Positions 30,368 through 41,149 of a stretch of DNA of 64,000 nucleotides are shown here, piece by piece. Position numbers and translations under genes: made by a program. How positions within the stretch are numbered: the stretch's first letter is position 1; every line of letters starts with the position of its first letter. Origin of the DNA: an uncultured Gammaproteobacteria bacterium (lineage in GTDB: Bacteria; Patescibacteriota; Microgenomatia; Levybacterales; UBA12049); the NCBI GenBank assembly GCA_964571255.1, contig CAZNAA010000001.1, forward strand, positions 702,230-766,229, written 5' to 3'. The notes beneath the pieces were generated by a model, which saw only the letters and a list, made by a program, of their open reading frames with translations, was not told the origin of the DNA and made no database searches.

Positions 30368-31137
30368 TTATTGTAATGGTTCAGCAAACGTGCTTTCGGT
30401 GAGTGAAAGGAATTTTGCTCAAAAAACACTGGTTTCTCAGCAGAAATTTCTTGAAATTTACTCTCGTTTTTAGCACAAACTAAAAGAGAATTCATCCTAC
30501 GTTTTTCTTCAAACTCTCCTATTCCAACTAATTTCATCTCAAGCCCAGACAAAATACCAGAAACAGAATGTGCATACCAAGGAACTCTGTGGAATCGGCT
30601 TGTAAGAATCTGTGATACAGCAGGGATAAGAGGCCTATCAATCACTGCCATAGCTAACCCATCCTCTGACAATACTCTACGCAAGCTATTTCCTGTAGCT
30701 TTTAATTGTTCAGGATTCATAAACATAAACGTGAAATCAAAGACACCTATATCAAGACTATTATCAGGAAATTCATCTGACAGCTGTTCTAAAGAAGTTT
30801 GAGTTGGAAAAACGTTTGAAATAAATTTATCTTTTTGCCATCCATCTATTGCATCAACAGGTTTTTCATTTTTATCAACAACAAAATACCCATCATTTGG
30901 ATTAGGATGATTGCGTTGAGCAAATGCAATAAAAGAAGAAAGGGCTTGGATATTTGGAAAGAACCCTCCAAGAAGCCAATTTAGCTGTGTTGGAGGCAGT
31001 GGTAACTTGTTGCGTTCTAAGACCTGTTTTAAGCCTGCTTGATACGCATATTCGTTCGTTTCGAAACTTACTAACTCATATTTCCCACCAATAGTATAAT
31101 ATGCCTCCCAATTCGTATCCATAATTTTCTTATACAA
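30364..31137 (-). CDS. hypothetical protein (possible methyltransferase-like fold)
   Basis: Weak glycine-rich motif LLGGFFPN and acidic FPDNSLDIGVFDF stretch; no confident family. Confidence 0.2.
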   Translation of the reverse strand: MYKKIMDTNWEAYYTIGGKYELVSFETNEYAYQAGLKQVLERNKLPLPPTQLNWLLGGFFPNIQALSSFIAFAQRNHPNPNDGYFVVDKNEKPVDAIDGWQKDKFISNVFPTQTSLEQLSDEFPDNSLDIGVFDFTFMFMNPEQLKATGNSLRRVLSEDGLAMAVIDRPLIPAVSQILTSRFHRVPWYAHSVSGILSGLEMKLVGIGEFEEKRRMNSLLVCAKNESKFQEISAEKPVFFEQNSFHSPKARLLNHYNK

Positions 31138-31178
31138 GAAATGAGAGAGAATAACAAGAAATTGAGGATATACGAAGC

Positions 31179-33296
31179 TTATTCAACTCGTCCAGTGAAG
31201 GTGGATTTTGCAACCATTTGTTCAACAATATTTTTAGGAACGATTTCATAATGAGATGGTTCCATGTAATACGTTGCTCTTCCTTGTGACATACTTCGAA
31301 TTACCATAACATATCCTGACATTTCCTCAAGGGGAACCATGGCTTTAATAATGGTTGTTATTCCTTTTTCCTCAGTTCCTGAAATTTGAGCACGACGAGA
31401 CGATAAATCTCCAATAATGTCTCCCATAAACTCAGAAGGGGTAGTTACCTCAACCTTCATCATCGGTTCAAGTAAATTAATGCCTGATTTTTTTGCAGCT
31501 GCTTGGAGAGCTTGAGAAGCAGCGATTTTAAAGGCTACTTCACTGGAATCGACATCATGATATGACCCGTCATAGCATGTTACGTTCACATCAATTACCG
31601 GATATCCAAGAAGAATTCCATTTTCAAGAGTTTCCTTAACACCTTTTTCAACTGCACGAATAAACTCAGCAGGAATTGCTCCTCCACGAATGGCGTCAAC
31701 AAACGTGTTGCCCTCTCCTCGAGCTTTTGGAGTAACTCGAAGCATACAGTGCCCATATTGTCCTCGTCCTCCAGATTGACGAATGTATTTTCCTTCTCCT
31801 TCAGCTTCTGCTTCAATGGTTTCTTTATACGCAACTTGAGGAGCTCCTACATTTGCTTCAACTCCAAACTCTCTTTTCATTCGATCAACCATAACTTCCA
31901 GTTGCAACTCTCCAATTCCAGCAATAATAGTTTGGTTGGTTTCATGGTTGGTTTTAACCGTAAAAGTCGGATCCTCTTCTGTAAGGCGCTTCAGAGCAAG
32001 ACCAAGTTTTTCTTGATCTGATTTGGTTTTAGGCTCAATAGCAAGTGAGATAACGGGTTCTGGGAAAGTAATTTTCTCAAGAACAATCGGTTTATCTTGA
32101 GCACAAAGTGTATCTCCTGTAATGGTATCTTTCAGACCAACTATGGCAACGATTTCACCAGAAAATGCCTCTTTGATTTCTTCTCTTTCATTTGCATGCA
32201 TTAAAAGAAGTCTTCCTACTCGCTCGGTTACGCCTTTGGTACTGTTGTAAATATAAGATCCTGAAGCAATGGTTCCTGAATAAACTCTAAAGTAGGTTAA
32301 TTTTCCAACGTGTGGATCGTTTTGAATCTTAAAGGCAAGTCCTGAAATAGCTTCATCTGGAACAAGCTTTCTGTCTTCTTTTTCTCCTGTTTTTGGATTT
32401 TCACCAGTAACGTGTCCCAAATCTGCGGGGGAGGGAAGATAGTCAACTACTGCATCCAAAAGAGGTTGAACACCTTTATTTCTGAGAGAGGTTCCTGCAT
32501 AAATTGGAACGAGCTTATACGCAATTACAGAGGCTCGAAGAGAAGCCTTTAGCTCTTCAACGCTAATCTCTTCTCCACTAAGATATTTTTCCAAGAGAGC
32601 ATCGTCATTTTCAGCAATCTTTTCAACCAATTTACGTCGATACTCTTCAACTTTTTCCTTCATGTCCTCAGGAATCGAGTCATTGACTTCAAAAGTTGCT
32701 CCTAATTCTTCAGAGTTCCAGACAATGGAGTGACGAGTAAGGAGATCAACGTTTCCAACATACGTATCTTCAGCTCCAATAGGAAGAACCATAATAGCTG
32801 GATTTGCACCGAGGCGCTCTTCAATACTTTTTACCGTTGCTAAAAAGTCAGCGCCTAATTTGTCCATTTTGTTGACAAAACAAATACGAGGAACTTTATA
32901 TTTATCAGCTTGACGCCAAACGGTTTCAGATTGTGATTGCACTCCTTCTTCTGCATCAAGTACCGTAATTCCTCCATCAAGCACACGAAGGGATCGCTCT
33001 ACTTCAGCAGTAAAATCAACGTGTCCAGGAGTATCAATGATATTTACTCTGTAGTCTTTCCAAAAAGTAGTTGTCGCAGCGGAAACAATCGTAATCCCTC
33101 GCTCTTTTTCCTGCTCCATCCAGTCCATTTGAGTATTTCCTTCGTCAATATCTCCTAATTTGTAGGTTCGTCCAGTGTAGTAGAGAATACGCTCAGTAGT
33201 TGTAGTTTTTCCTGCGTCAATATGCGCAATAATTCCGATATTTCGGATTTTATCAAGTGGATAATTTCTATTTTTCGTGATATCTGCCATAAACAA
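31179..33296 (-). CDS. fusA: elongation factor G
   Basis: [21 protein letters not shown]-domain motifs; 705 aa. Confidence 0.95.
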   Translation of the reverse strand: MFMADITKNRNYPLDKIRNIGIIAHIDAGKTTTTERILYYTGRTYKLGDIDEGNTQMDWMEQEKERGITIVSAATTTFWKDYRVNIIDTPGHVDFTAEVERSLRVLDGGITVLDAEEGVQSQSETVWRQADKYKVPRICFVNKMDKLGADFLATVKSIEERLGANPAIMVLPIGAEDTYVGNVDLLTRHSIVWNSEELGATFEVNDSIPEDMKEKVEEYRRKLVEKIAENDDALLEKYLSGEEISVEELKASLRASVIAYKLVPIYAGTSLRNKGVQPLLDAVVDYLPSPADLGHVTGENPKTGEKEDRKLVPDEAISGLAFKIQNDPHVGKLTYFRVYSGTIASGSYIYNSTKGVTERVGRLLLMHANEREEIKEAFSGEIVAIVGLKDTITGDTLCAQDKPIVLEKITFPEPVISLAIEPKTKSDQEKLGLALKRLTEEDPTFTVKTNHETNQTIIAGIGELQLEVMVDRMKREFGVEANVGAPQVAYKETIEAEAEGEGKYIRQSGGRGQYGHCMLRVTPKARGEGNTFVDAIRGGAIPAEFIRAVEKGVKETLENGILLGYPVIDVNVTCYDGSYHDVDSSEVAFKIAASQALQAAAKKSGINLLEPMMKVEVTTPSEFMGDIIGDLSSRRAQISGTEEKGITTIIKAMVPLEEMSGYVMVIRSMSQGRATYYMEPSHYEIVPKNIVEQMVAKSTFTGRVE

Positions 33297-33445
33297 AAAA
33301 CCTAAATGAGACAGCTGCCCATTTAGAATTCACTAAAGTATAGCATATTATTTTTCTTTTTTCACTGGTAAATTTTAGACTCCAATACAGCAAGTAATTA
33401 CTTTGACATTATGGGTAAAAGAACCTAGACTAGAAAGAGTACACT

Positions 33446-34006
33446 ATGCGACTGACTGCCCCTTCTATTAACCTTTTACGTGACCAGGAAAAAAGTTTTT
33501 TTGAAAAACTTATTAGCTGGTCATTAAATATTGGCAGACTGATTCTTATTCTTACAGAGTGTTTGGCATTAGGAGTATTTTTATATCGATTTAAACTTGA
33601 TCGAGATATAGTTGACTTACACGATGAGATCGAAAAACAACAAACGTTTGTCAGGCTTTTGGAATCTCGAGAAAAAGAATATCGTAATATTGAACAACGA
33701 TTAACAACTGCAGGAGAACTCCTCTCCTCAACTCCTCAAGCAACTACTATTACTAAACAGATTCTCGATCAAGCAGATAATGCTCTCTTGGTTAGCCAAT
33801 TTGCACTTTCCCCAACCTCGTTTCACATCGAGGGAAGAGCCATTTCTCTAGATAAAGTACGAGTTTTTATTGAATACCTTAAAACATACCCTAATGTAGA
33901 AGGAGTGAGTGTAGATCGAATTGAAAATAAAACTTCAACTGCCTCACTTGAAATAAGTATTTCAGCTGATTTTAAGAAAGGAGAAAAAAAGAAAAGTGGA
34001 AGATAG
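33446..34006 (+). CDS. pilN: type IV pilus assembly protein PilN-like
   Basis: N-terminal INLL motif (MRLTAPSINLLRDQEK) followed by a single TM and periplasmic domain. Confidence 0.5.
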   Translation: MRLTAPSINLLRDQEKSFFEKLISWSLNIGRLILILTECLALGVFLYRFKLDRDIVDLHDEIEKQQTFVRLLESREKEYRNIEQRLTTAGELLSSTPQATTITKQILDQADNALLVSQFALSPTSFHIEGRAISLDKVRVFIEYLKTYPNVEGVSVDRIENKTSTASLEISISADFKKGEKKKSGR

Positions 34007-34619
34007 AAGACGATTTTTACAAAATTTAGCTAAAAGAAGATATTTGGCAATGGCTCAGTATCTTCCTAAAATTTCAAGAGAAAAAATCCAGGAATATAGT
34101 GCACTTATTCTCACTCTTATTGCCCTTATCGTCTTTGGAGTATTTGCTATTAATCCAACTCTTACTACCGTTATTGAACTACGAAAACAACTGGAAGACA
34201 GTCAGTTTGCGGTTGAAAGATTAAAAACAAAAGTTGTTAATCTTAATTCTCTCTCTCAACAATATCAAATCCTTCAACCAGATCTCCCCATTCTTCTTGA
34301 GGCACTCCCTCAAAATCCTTCTCCTTCAGTACTTCTTGGACAGATTCATGAGCTTGCCAACCAAGAAAGAGTAAAGGTGGTAACGCTTGATTCTTCAGAA
34401 ATTACGCTCTATCCCCCTTTACGAGCAACAGGGAAAGAAGCTTCGTTTATTTTTACCCTTTCAGTTCAAGGAGATTACAACTCTTTACTCAGCTTTATGG
34501 ATAGTTTAATAACGTTTAACCGACTAGTTCAATTTGAATCTATTTCGTATCTTAAACCAGAAAAAGAAACAATCCTGCCTAGACTATCGATTAGAGGAAG
34601 GGCATACTTTTTACCATGA
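33996..34619 (+). CDS. PilO-like bitopic protein
   Basis: Single TM after a short cytoplasmic region, then coiled-coil and alpha/beta domain; adjacent to the pilN-like gene. Confidence 0.35.
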   Translation: MEDRRRFLQNLAKRRYLAMAQYLPKISREKIQEYSALILTLIALIVFGVFAINPTLTTVIELRKQLEDSQFAVERLKTKVVNLNSLSQQYQILQPDLPILLEALPQNPSPSVLLGQIHELANQERVKVVTLDSSEITLYPPLRATGKEASFIFTLSVQGDYNSLLSFMDSLITFNRLVQFESISYLKPEKETILPRLSIRGRAYFLP

Positions 34620-34927
34620 AACAAAAAGATTTAGTCTATATTCTCACATCCATTGCAATCTTTACCTTTTTTTGGATAGGATTTTCTTTGTGGCACGTCT
34701 ATACAACCTCAACTCTTAAAGATCCCCTAGCATCCCAACTTGCACAAGTCCCAGCTACTTTTTCAACTGATGTACTTCTAGAGTTGAAAAAAAGAAAAAC
34801 TATTATCCCCCAAACCACTCTAACGAGTGCTACTCTTTCTGCTTTGCCTATTCTTACTCCAACTCCTATACAAACTGCCTCACCAAGTAGCACACCAACA
34901 ACAAGTAGTCCAATCCTATTACCATGA
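34616..34927 (+). CDS. small membrane-anchored Pro/Thr/Ser-rich protein
   Basis: N-terminal TM, C-terminal PT-rich low-complexity tail; translationally coupled to neighbours. Confidence 0.3.
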   Translation: MKQKDLVYILTSIAIFTFFWIGFSLWHVYTTSTLKDPLASQLAQVPATFSTDVLLELKKRKTIIPQTTLTSATLSALPILTPTPIQTASPSSTPTTSSPILLP

Positions 34928-36372
34928 GAGCATCTATTTGGAATAAACAAATCCCCTCTATCTTAGGGATCCTTCTTTTAGTTGGAGGGTTATTTGCTAC
35001 CTCTTATTTGGTTGATAAAAGAGTTTTTTTCTTTACCAAAGCCTCAACAGGAACTGAGCCACAATTTGTAACAATTACGAATGTTTCTGATTCCTCCTTT
35101 AGCGTAACCTATCAAACGAGTGAGCTGACACAAGGGACGCTGTCTCTTGGAGAAGCAGCTGATAAAACAGAGAAAATTGTTTTAGACGATCGGGATCAAT
35201 CAGCAGGAAAATCAGAAGTTTATAATTTACATCATATTAGTGTCAAAAATACGACACCAGATACAACCTATCAGTTTTTCATTGTTTCTGGAAAAGATGT
35301 GTATGGAGACAAAGGCAAACCATATTCAGTCAGAACTGGCCCCAAAATCACCTCAGACCCATCAACTCAGCCTCCTCTTACAGGAAAAGTAAATGAAAAA
35401 GAAGAAGTTTTACTCGTGGTAACTGGTGCAGGGATAGCCCCACTCTCCACTCTAATGAAGCAAGATGGAACTTATTTTCTTCCTTTAAATGCCATTCGGG
35501 ATGCTTCTTTACAAGAATTTGTTACTCTTTCCCCCTCTCTTCCCCTCACTCTTTCTATTTATGGGAAGACTACTCGCTCTCTTGCCACTTTCTTCCCATC
35601 TGACTCATCTCCTTTACCTCTTATTATTTTAGGACAAGAATATGACTTCACTACTCTTGAGAAAAAAACAGAATCTACCCCTTTAAGTTCTGATAGTGCT
35701 TCTTTTCTTCCTTTATACGCCGACATCTCAGAAGACACCACAGTGTCTCTCTCTGTCCCAAGTAACGGAACTTCTGATTCTCAACCACTGTTTTCAGGAG
35801 AGGGAGTACCACAAGAAACAGTGGAGATTGAGATTCGCTCAGACGTCATAACTGGAACAACAAAAGTGCTTGCTAATGGAACCTGGTCTTTTCGTCCATC
35901 AACTCCTCTTCCTCCTGGAGAGCATACGATTACGATTAAAACCAAAGAAAAAAATGGATTATTAAAATCCATCACTCGCTCCTTTACAGTATACGCACAA
36001 GGGAGTCAATCAACAGAGCCATCTGTCAAACCAACTAATACTCCCAGTACTATTCCTTCCCCCACACCTACTGTAACAGCATCTCCAACTCCTACTCCTA
36101 CCAAAGTGCCTTCACCAGCACCAAGTAGTACCACTACTCCCACTCTCCCTCTTCCAACAACTAGTGTGATAACGGCAACTCCAACTATTGCTCTCCCAAC
36201 CCCCACTCCCACACTGCGAATATCACCAGCGATACCAACACCTACTTCAACCACCCCTCCACCTATTGCTGATACAGGAAGTTTGAGTGCCTATGTTATT
36301 TTGCTCTTTGGGGTCTTCACATGTGGAGTAGGTTTGCTATTATTCTTTAGATCAGGAAGAGGAGTGATATGA
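34924..36372 (+). CDS. cell-surface protein with Fn3-like domain, PT-rich stalk and C-terminal sorting-signal-like anchor
   Basis: N-terminal TM; ITNVSDSSFSVTYQT...TTYQFFIVSG Fn3/PAP-N-like domain; long P/T-rich linker; terminal IADTGS + hydrophobic stretch + RSGRG. Confidence 0.4.
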   Translation: MRASIWNKQIPSILGILLLVGGLFATSYLVDKRVFFFTKASTGTEPQFVTITNVSDSSFSVTYQTSELTQGTLSLGEAADKTEKIVLDDRDQSAGKSEVYNLHHISVKNTTPDTTYQFFIVSGKDVYGDKGKPYSVRTGPKITSDPSTQPPLTGKVNEKEEVLLVVTGAGIAPLSTLMKQDGTYFLPLNAIRDASLQEFVTLSPSLPLTLSIYGKTTRSLATFFPSDSSPLPLIILGQEYDFTTLEKKTESTPLSSDSASFLPLYADISEDTTVSLSVPSNGTSDSQPLFSGEGVPQETVEIEIRSDVITGTTKVLANGTWSFRPSTPLPPGEHTITIKTKEKNGLLKSITRSFTVYAQGSQSTEPSVKPTNTPSTIPSPTPTVTASPTPTPTKVPSPAPSSTTTPTLPLPTTSVITATPTIALPTPTPTLRISPAIPTPTSTTPPPIADTGSLSAYVILLFGVFTCGVGLLLFFRSGRGVI

Positions 36373-37640
36373 ATATAGCAATAATTGGAGCAGGGTTTAC
36401 TGGGCTTTCTGCAGCCTACAGACTACAACAAAAAGGACATACCGTTACAATCTATGAAAAAGAGGACTCTCCAGGAGGACTTGCGATTGGCTATTCCCAT
36501 CCTAAATGGGAGTGGAGTTTAGAGCAACATTATCATCACTGGTTTACTAACGATACTTCAATTCTTTCACTCGCCAAGGAGATAGACTATCCCGTTATCA
36601 TTAAAAGACCAAAAACAAGTGTTTACTTACAAAGTAAAGTATGGCAACTGGACTCTGCCAAACACCTTCTCACCTTTCCACTGCTTTCTTTATTTGAAAG
36701 ACTCCGAATGGCAGGAGTTTTTTTTCTGCTATTTCGGCTCAATCCGTATTGGAAATGGCTTGAGAATATTCAAACCACCACAGCTCTTCCCAAATTAATT
36801 GGGAAAAAAGCCTATACCCTTTTATGGGAACCACAATTAAAAAATAAGATGAAGCAGTTTGTTGATCAGATCTCACTCGTTTGGTTTTGGGCAAGAATAA
36901 AAAAAAGAACAACAAGTCTTGCCTATCCTGAAAAAGGATTTCTTCATTTTGCCAAAACATTTGCAGATCTTATTGAGAAAAATGGCGGAAAGTTTATTTA
37001 TACAGCTGAGATTGAATCGATAAGACAGGAGAAGAAAGAAGTACATATTACTCAGAAAACTGGATTAGTCGAGAAATATGATAAAGTACTGGTCACTCTT
37101 CCTACTCATTTATTTACTAAACTCACCCCCCAGCTTCCTCAGAAGTATTTGGATTCTCTAGTAAGACTCCAAGGACTAGGGGCAACTAATTTGGTGCTTC
37201 GATTAAGAAACCAATTTTTTTCTGATAACACCTATTGGTTAAGCCTTTGTGTCCCGTCTTCTCCTCTTCTTGTCATTGTTGAGCATACTAACTTCATGGA
37301 TAAGACACACTATAATGAAGAACATTTGGTTTACTTAGGAAACTATCTTTCTCCAACAGATAAGAAGTTCTCTTATTCCAAAGAGCAACTTCTTGCTCAC
37401 TATCATCCCTTTCTGGAGAAGCTCCATCCAGGATACAAAAAAGACCTTATTGGTACAGATCTGTTCCATGCACCCTTCGCTCAACCCATTGTCCCTAAAA
37501 ATTATTCCGCACTTGTTCCACCCCTCACGACTCCTCTTTCCCAAGTATTTCTAGCCAATATGCAACAAGTCTATCCTTGGGATAGGGGGACAAATTATGC
37601 AGTTGAATTAGGAGAAAAAGCGGCATCACAAATTGGATGA
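36369..37640 (+). CDS. FAD/NAD(P)-binding oxidoreductase (amine oxidase / phytoene desaturase / UDP-galactopyranose mutase-like superfamily)
   Basis: Rossmann dinucleotide motif MNIAIIGAGFTGLSAAYRL...YEKEDSPGG. Confidence 0.6.
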   Translation: MNIAIIGAGFTGLSAAYRLQQKGHTVTIYEKEDSPGGLAIGYSHPKWEWSLEQHYHHWFTNDTSILSLAKEIDYPVIIKRPKTSVYLQSKVWQLDSAKHLLTFPLLSLFERLRMAGVFFLLFRLNPYWKWLENIQTTTALPKLIGKKAYTLLWEPQLKNKMKQFVDQISLVWFWARIKKRTTSLAYPEKGFLHFAKTFADLIEKNGGKFIYTAEIESIRQEKKEVHITQKTGLVEKYDKVLVTLPTHLFTKLTPQLPQKYLDSLVRLQGLGATNLVLRLRNQFFSDNTYWLSLCVPSSPLLVIVEHTNFMDKTHYNEEHLVYLGNYLSPTDKKFSYSKEQLLAHYHPFLEKLHPGYKKDLIGTDLFHAPFAQPIVPKNYSALVPPLTTPLSQVFLANMQQVYPWDRGTNYAVELGEKAASQIG

Positions 37641-39292
37641 ACTATATAAGAAAACATTTACTTTTTTTCACTCTTTCTCTTTGCCTTCTTATTGGAGGGT
37701 TTTTACGATTTTATAATAGTAACTGGGATCAAGGAAACTATTTTCATCCAGATGAGCGAAATATTGCCATGGCAGTTTCTCGAATTTCTTTTTTTACTCA
37801 TCTAGATCCTGAATTTTTTGCCTATGGAGGACTACCAGTCTATCTATACAGAGCAGTAGGGGAGGGGCTCATCTTGCTAACCAATGACCATTCCTGGGTA
37901 AGTGAATGGGGGAAAATTAATTTGATTGGAAGATTTTTCTCTGCTCTTTTTTCAACACTTACTATTTTCCCTTTATTTTTTCTAGCTAAAAAAGTGTTTT
38001 CACTAAAAACAGCCATACTTACTGTCGTCTTTTATTCCTTTGCAGTTTTTTCTATTCAAACAGCTCATTTTGGAGTTACAGAAAGTATGATTACTTTTTT
38101 TGTGGTTTCAATTGCATGTACTGCGCTTTATTTATTTGAGACTCCTCGTTTCTCTCTGTTTTTATTACTTGGAGCACTTCTTGGACTGGCACTTGCTTCA
38201 AAAACTGCAGCCATTTCTTTTTTTGTGTATCCATCATTTCTTTTTTTCCTTCTTCTTTTTCGGCATCGAAAGAAAAAAGAGCTTTCTTTTTCTTATCTTT
38301 TAAGAGCTGGATTAGCCGTTGGAGTAACGAGTATTCTTTTCTTTCTTCTTTTCTCTCCCTTTACTATTTTATCTTGGGATAAATTCTCTGAATCCATGAA
38401 GTACGAATCCGGGGTCGTTCAAGGAACACTACCTGTTCCCTATACACTTCAGTTTACAGGAACTCCGAATTATCTTTTTCAACTCTATAATTTTCTCTAT
38501 CAAATTGGCCCCCTTACTCTCCTTCTTGTTCTTGTTCCATTTGTTTTGTGGAAAGAAAAAAAGTGGAAAGATCCTGTATTTCTTTTATTTATCTCTTTTC
38601 CATTTATGTACTTTTTGTATGTGGGATCCTGGTTTACAAAATTTGTCAGATATATGGTTCCTCTTCTTCCTTTTGTTCTAATTCTTATTAGTTATACGTG
38701 TGATTTTTTACTCATACAGTATAAAAGAGTAGGGAGGGGAGTATTTTTATTTTTCTATGTTACAACCTTTTTATGGACATTTGCTTTCATGCATATCTAT
38801 ACGAACCCACAAACACGAGTTAAGGCCTCAGAGTGGATTTATGTGAATATCCCACCTGGTGCATCTTTGGCTGGCGAACATTGGGATGATGGATTACCAA
38901 TCTCTTTAGGTGCACTCTCTCAGTCTTTATATCAGACAACGGCACTTCCCATCTATGATCTTCATACTCCAGAAGATGTTGAGAAACTTTCTGTTACTCT
39001 TTCTAAAACTGATTATATTGTGCTAAATAGCAGACGTTTATATGGAACTCTTCGGAGACTATCTGAGAAGTATCCCTATGCCAGTTCTTACTACAATAAC
39101 TTGTTTGATGAAAAATTAGGATTTAAAAAAGTTCAAGAATTTAGCTCTTACCCTTCTGTTTTTGGAGTAACAATCCCTGATGACTATAGTGAGGAGACCT
39201 TTCAGGTATATGATCATCCAAAAGTCATTATTTTCAAAAAGGAGACAAATTTTTCATCTGAGGAAATAGCAAACAAAATTATTAAACCATAG
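37637..39292 (+). CDS. GT-C fold membrane glycosyltransferase (PMT/ArnT-like)
   Basis: Polytopic 551 aa protein; FLRFYN...HPDER loop-1 DE motif. Confidence 0.5.
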   Translation: MNYIRKHLLFFTLSLCLLIGGFLRFYNSNWDQGNYFHPDERNIAMAVSRISFFTHLDPEFFAYGGLPVYLYRAVGEGLILLTNDHSWVSEWGKINLIGRFFSALFSTLTIFPLFFLAKKVFSLKTAILTVVFYSFAVFSIQTAHFGVTESMITFFVVSIACTALYLFETPRFSLFLLLGALLGLALASKTAAISFFVYPSFLFFLLLFRHRKKKELSFSYLLRAGLAVGVTSILFFLLFSPFTILSWDKFSESMKYESGVVQGTLPVPYTLQFTGTPNYLFQLYNFLYQIGPLTLLLVLVPFVLWKEKKWKDPVFLLFISFPFMYFLYVGSWFTKFVRYMVPLLPFVLILISYTCDFLLIQYKRVGRGVFLFFYVTTFLWTFAFMHIYTNPQTRVKASEWIYVNIPPGASLAGEHWDDGLPISLGALSQSLYQTTALPIYDLHTPEDVEKLSVTLSKTDYIVLNSRRLYGTLRRLSEKYPYASSYYNNLFDEKLGFKKVQEFSSYPSVFGVTIPDDYSEETFQVYDHPKVIIFKKETNFSSEEIANKIIKP

Positions 39293-41130
39293 TGTTAGGA
39301 TTACTTTTCTTATTTTCATCAGTTTTTTTTGGACACTTCCTTTTTCTCCTCTTTTTTCAAAAAAAAGTGAGTGACGGGATCACTCGGTTTATCTCTGGAA
39401 TATTTATTGGTAGTTTTTTTGCAGTATGGTTGGTGTTTTTTCTCTCATTTCTTTTCCCTCTTTATATTAGTACGTTACTTTGCTCAGTATTTCTTATTCT
39501 AGGAGGTGGGTTTATCTGGAGACAAAAACAAACACAGTTAAAAGGAACCTATTCCTTTTTTTCCTCTGTATTATTTTTCCTCTTACTTCTGTTCTCAAGT
39601 TATATTATGCACCAAACGCTTCAGTACCATAATCAAACATTTTTAATTGGACAAGATATTTGGGCAGATTCTGAAGTACATATTCCACTCATTCGTTCTT
39701 TTTCTCTTGGAGAAAATATCCCACCAACTGCTCCGTTTGTTCCGAACAAAAACCTGTCTTATCATTTTATGTTTTATTTTTGGAGTGGAATATTGGAGAA
39801 TGGAGGACTTCCTCTTGTCTTTAATTTAAATCTTCTGAGTATTTTTTCTTTTGCTGGGTTTTGCTACCTCGTATTTTTCTTTTTTTCTTCCTTTTTTTCT
39901 TCGCGATTTGTAGGAAGTATTTCTATACTTCTTATTTTATTCCCAAGTACCTTTGGATTAATTGATGCTCTAACAAAACTCCCCCCCACTTCTTTTCTAA
40001 ATTTTTTATCAAGTCTTTGGAATCAAAATGCATATTATTCCGTCCATCCTTTTCAATCAGATTACGTAAGTATTTTTTGGGGTCTTGTTACGTATGTAAA
40101 TCAAAGACATTTATCTTTTGCTCTTGTTGGACTTTTTTTATCTCTTTTCCTTTTGTATCAATCATCACATCATTCAAAAAGAGAAATCTTTTTTTTAGCA
40201 CTTATTACCGGAGGGCTTCCCTTCTGGCAAATTCATGTCTTTATTGCAATGGGGGGGTGTATTGGAGTCTTTCTCTTATGGAAAAAAGAGTATCAAAAGT
40301 TTTTTTTGTTTACTTTAGTTTCTGGTCTGCTGAGTTTCCCTCAACTCATTTTTTTAAGTAAAGATGTTTTTTCTTCTTTTCATTTTTATCCAGGTCTTTT
40401 TTCTGGAAGTCCTCTCTCTTATGAATTCTTTTTGTATTGGGTATGTAACTTAGGATTCCTCTATATTCTCTTCCCACTTAGCCTTTTTTTTGTTCATAAA
40501 AAACACTGTGTGCTTCTTTTGAGTTTCACCCTTCTTTTTCTTCTCGCCCATCTTTTCCAATTTAATGCAGAGCTTTATAATAATCACAAATTTCTTAATA
40601 TCTGGATATTGGGAATAAATGCTTATGGAGCTTTTACTCTTCGACTATTGTGGGATTTTTCATTGGGAAAGATTTTAGTTTTTCCTATTCTCTTTTTTCT
40701 TTTTCTCTCAGGATTTGGGGAATTTATGGTAATAAAGAATCAGCCAACTCTTTCTCTTTTAGATGTCTCTCAATCTTCTTTTACAAACTGGGTCGAGAAA
40801 AATACTCCACCTCAATCTGTTTTTCTTGCTCCATTTGATGAGATGTATCATCCTGTCAGACTAGCTGGACGAAAAACGTATCAACACTATCCTCGCTATG
40901 CGTGGGCATATGGATATGATGATATAAAAATGAATCACATAGTTAAAGATCTCTATAAAACAATAGATATGACTACTACTAAACAAATTCTTTCTGATCT
41001 GAAGATCAGCTATGTTATTCTTCCAAAAGAAACTATTTTAGAGTTAGAGGAAATTAATAAATCTCTTTACCTTGACTCTTTTCCTCTCGTATATTCTGAT
41101 TTGCGATTTGATGTAGTAGAAATAAAATGA
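39292..41130 (+). CDS. polytopic membrane protein, putative GT-C family
   Basis: 612 aa with >10 predicted TM helices; sits in the glycosyltransferase cluster; no diagnostic motif. Confidence 0.3.
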   Translation: MLGLLFLFSSVFFGHFLFLLFFQKKVSDGITRFISGIFIGSFFAVWLVFFLSFLFPLYISTLLCSVFLILGGGFIWRQKQTQLKGTYSFFSSVLFFLLLLFSSYIMHQTLQYHNQTFLIGQDIWADSEVHIPLIRSFSLGENIPPTAPFVPNKNLSYHFMFYFWSGILENGGLPLVFNLNLLSIFSFAGFCYLVFFFFSSFFSSRFVGSISILLILFPSTFGLIDALTKLPPTSFLNFLSSLWNQNAYYSVHPFQSDYVSIFWGLVTYVNQRHLSFALVGLFLSLFLLYQSSHHSKREIFFLALITGGLPFWQIHVFIAMGGCIGVFLLWKKEYQKFFLFTLVSGLLSFPQLIFLSKDVFSSFHFYPGLFSGSPLSYEFFLYWVCNLGFLYILFPLSLFFVHKKHCVLLLSFTLLFLLAHLFQFNAELYNNHKFLNIWILGINAYGAFTLRLLWDFSLGKILVFPILFFLFLSGFGEFMVIKNQPTLSLLDVSQSSFTNWVEKNTPPQSVFLAPFDEMYHPVRLAGRKTYQHYPRYAWAYGYDDIKMNHIVKDLYKTIDMTTTKQILSDLKISYVILPKETILELEEINKSLYLDSFPLVYSDLRFDVVEIK

Positions 41131-41149
41131 TTCCTGATACAATTTAGCT

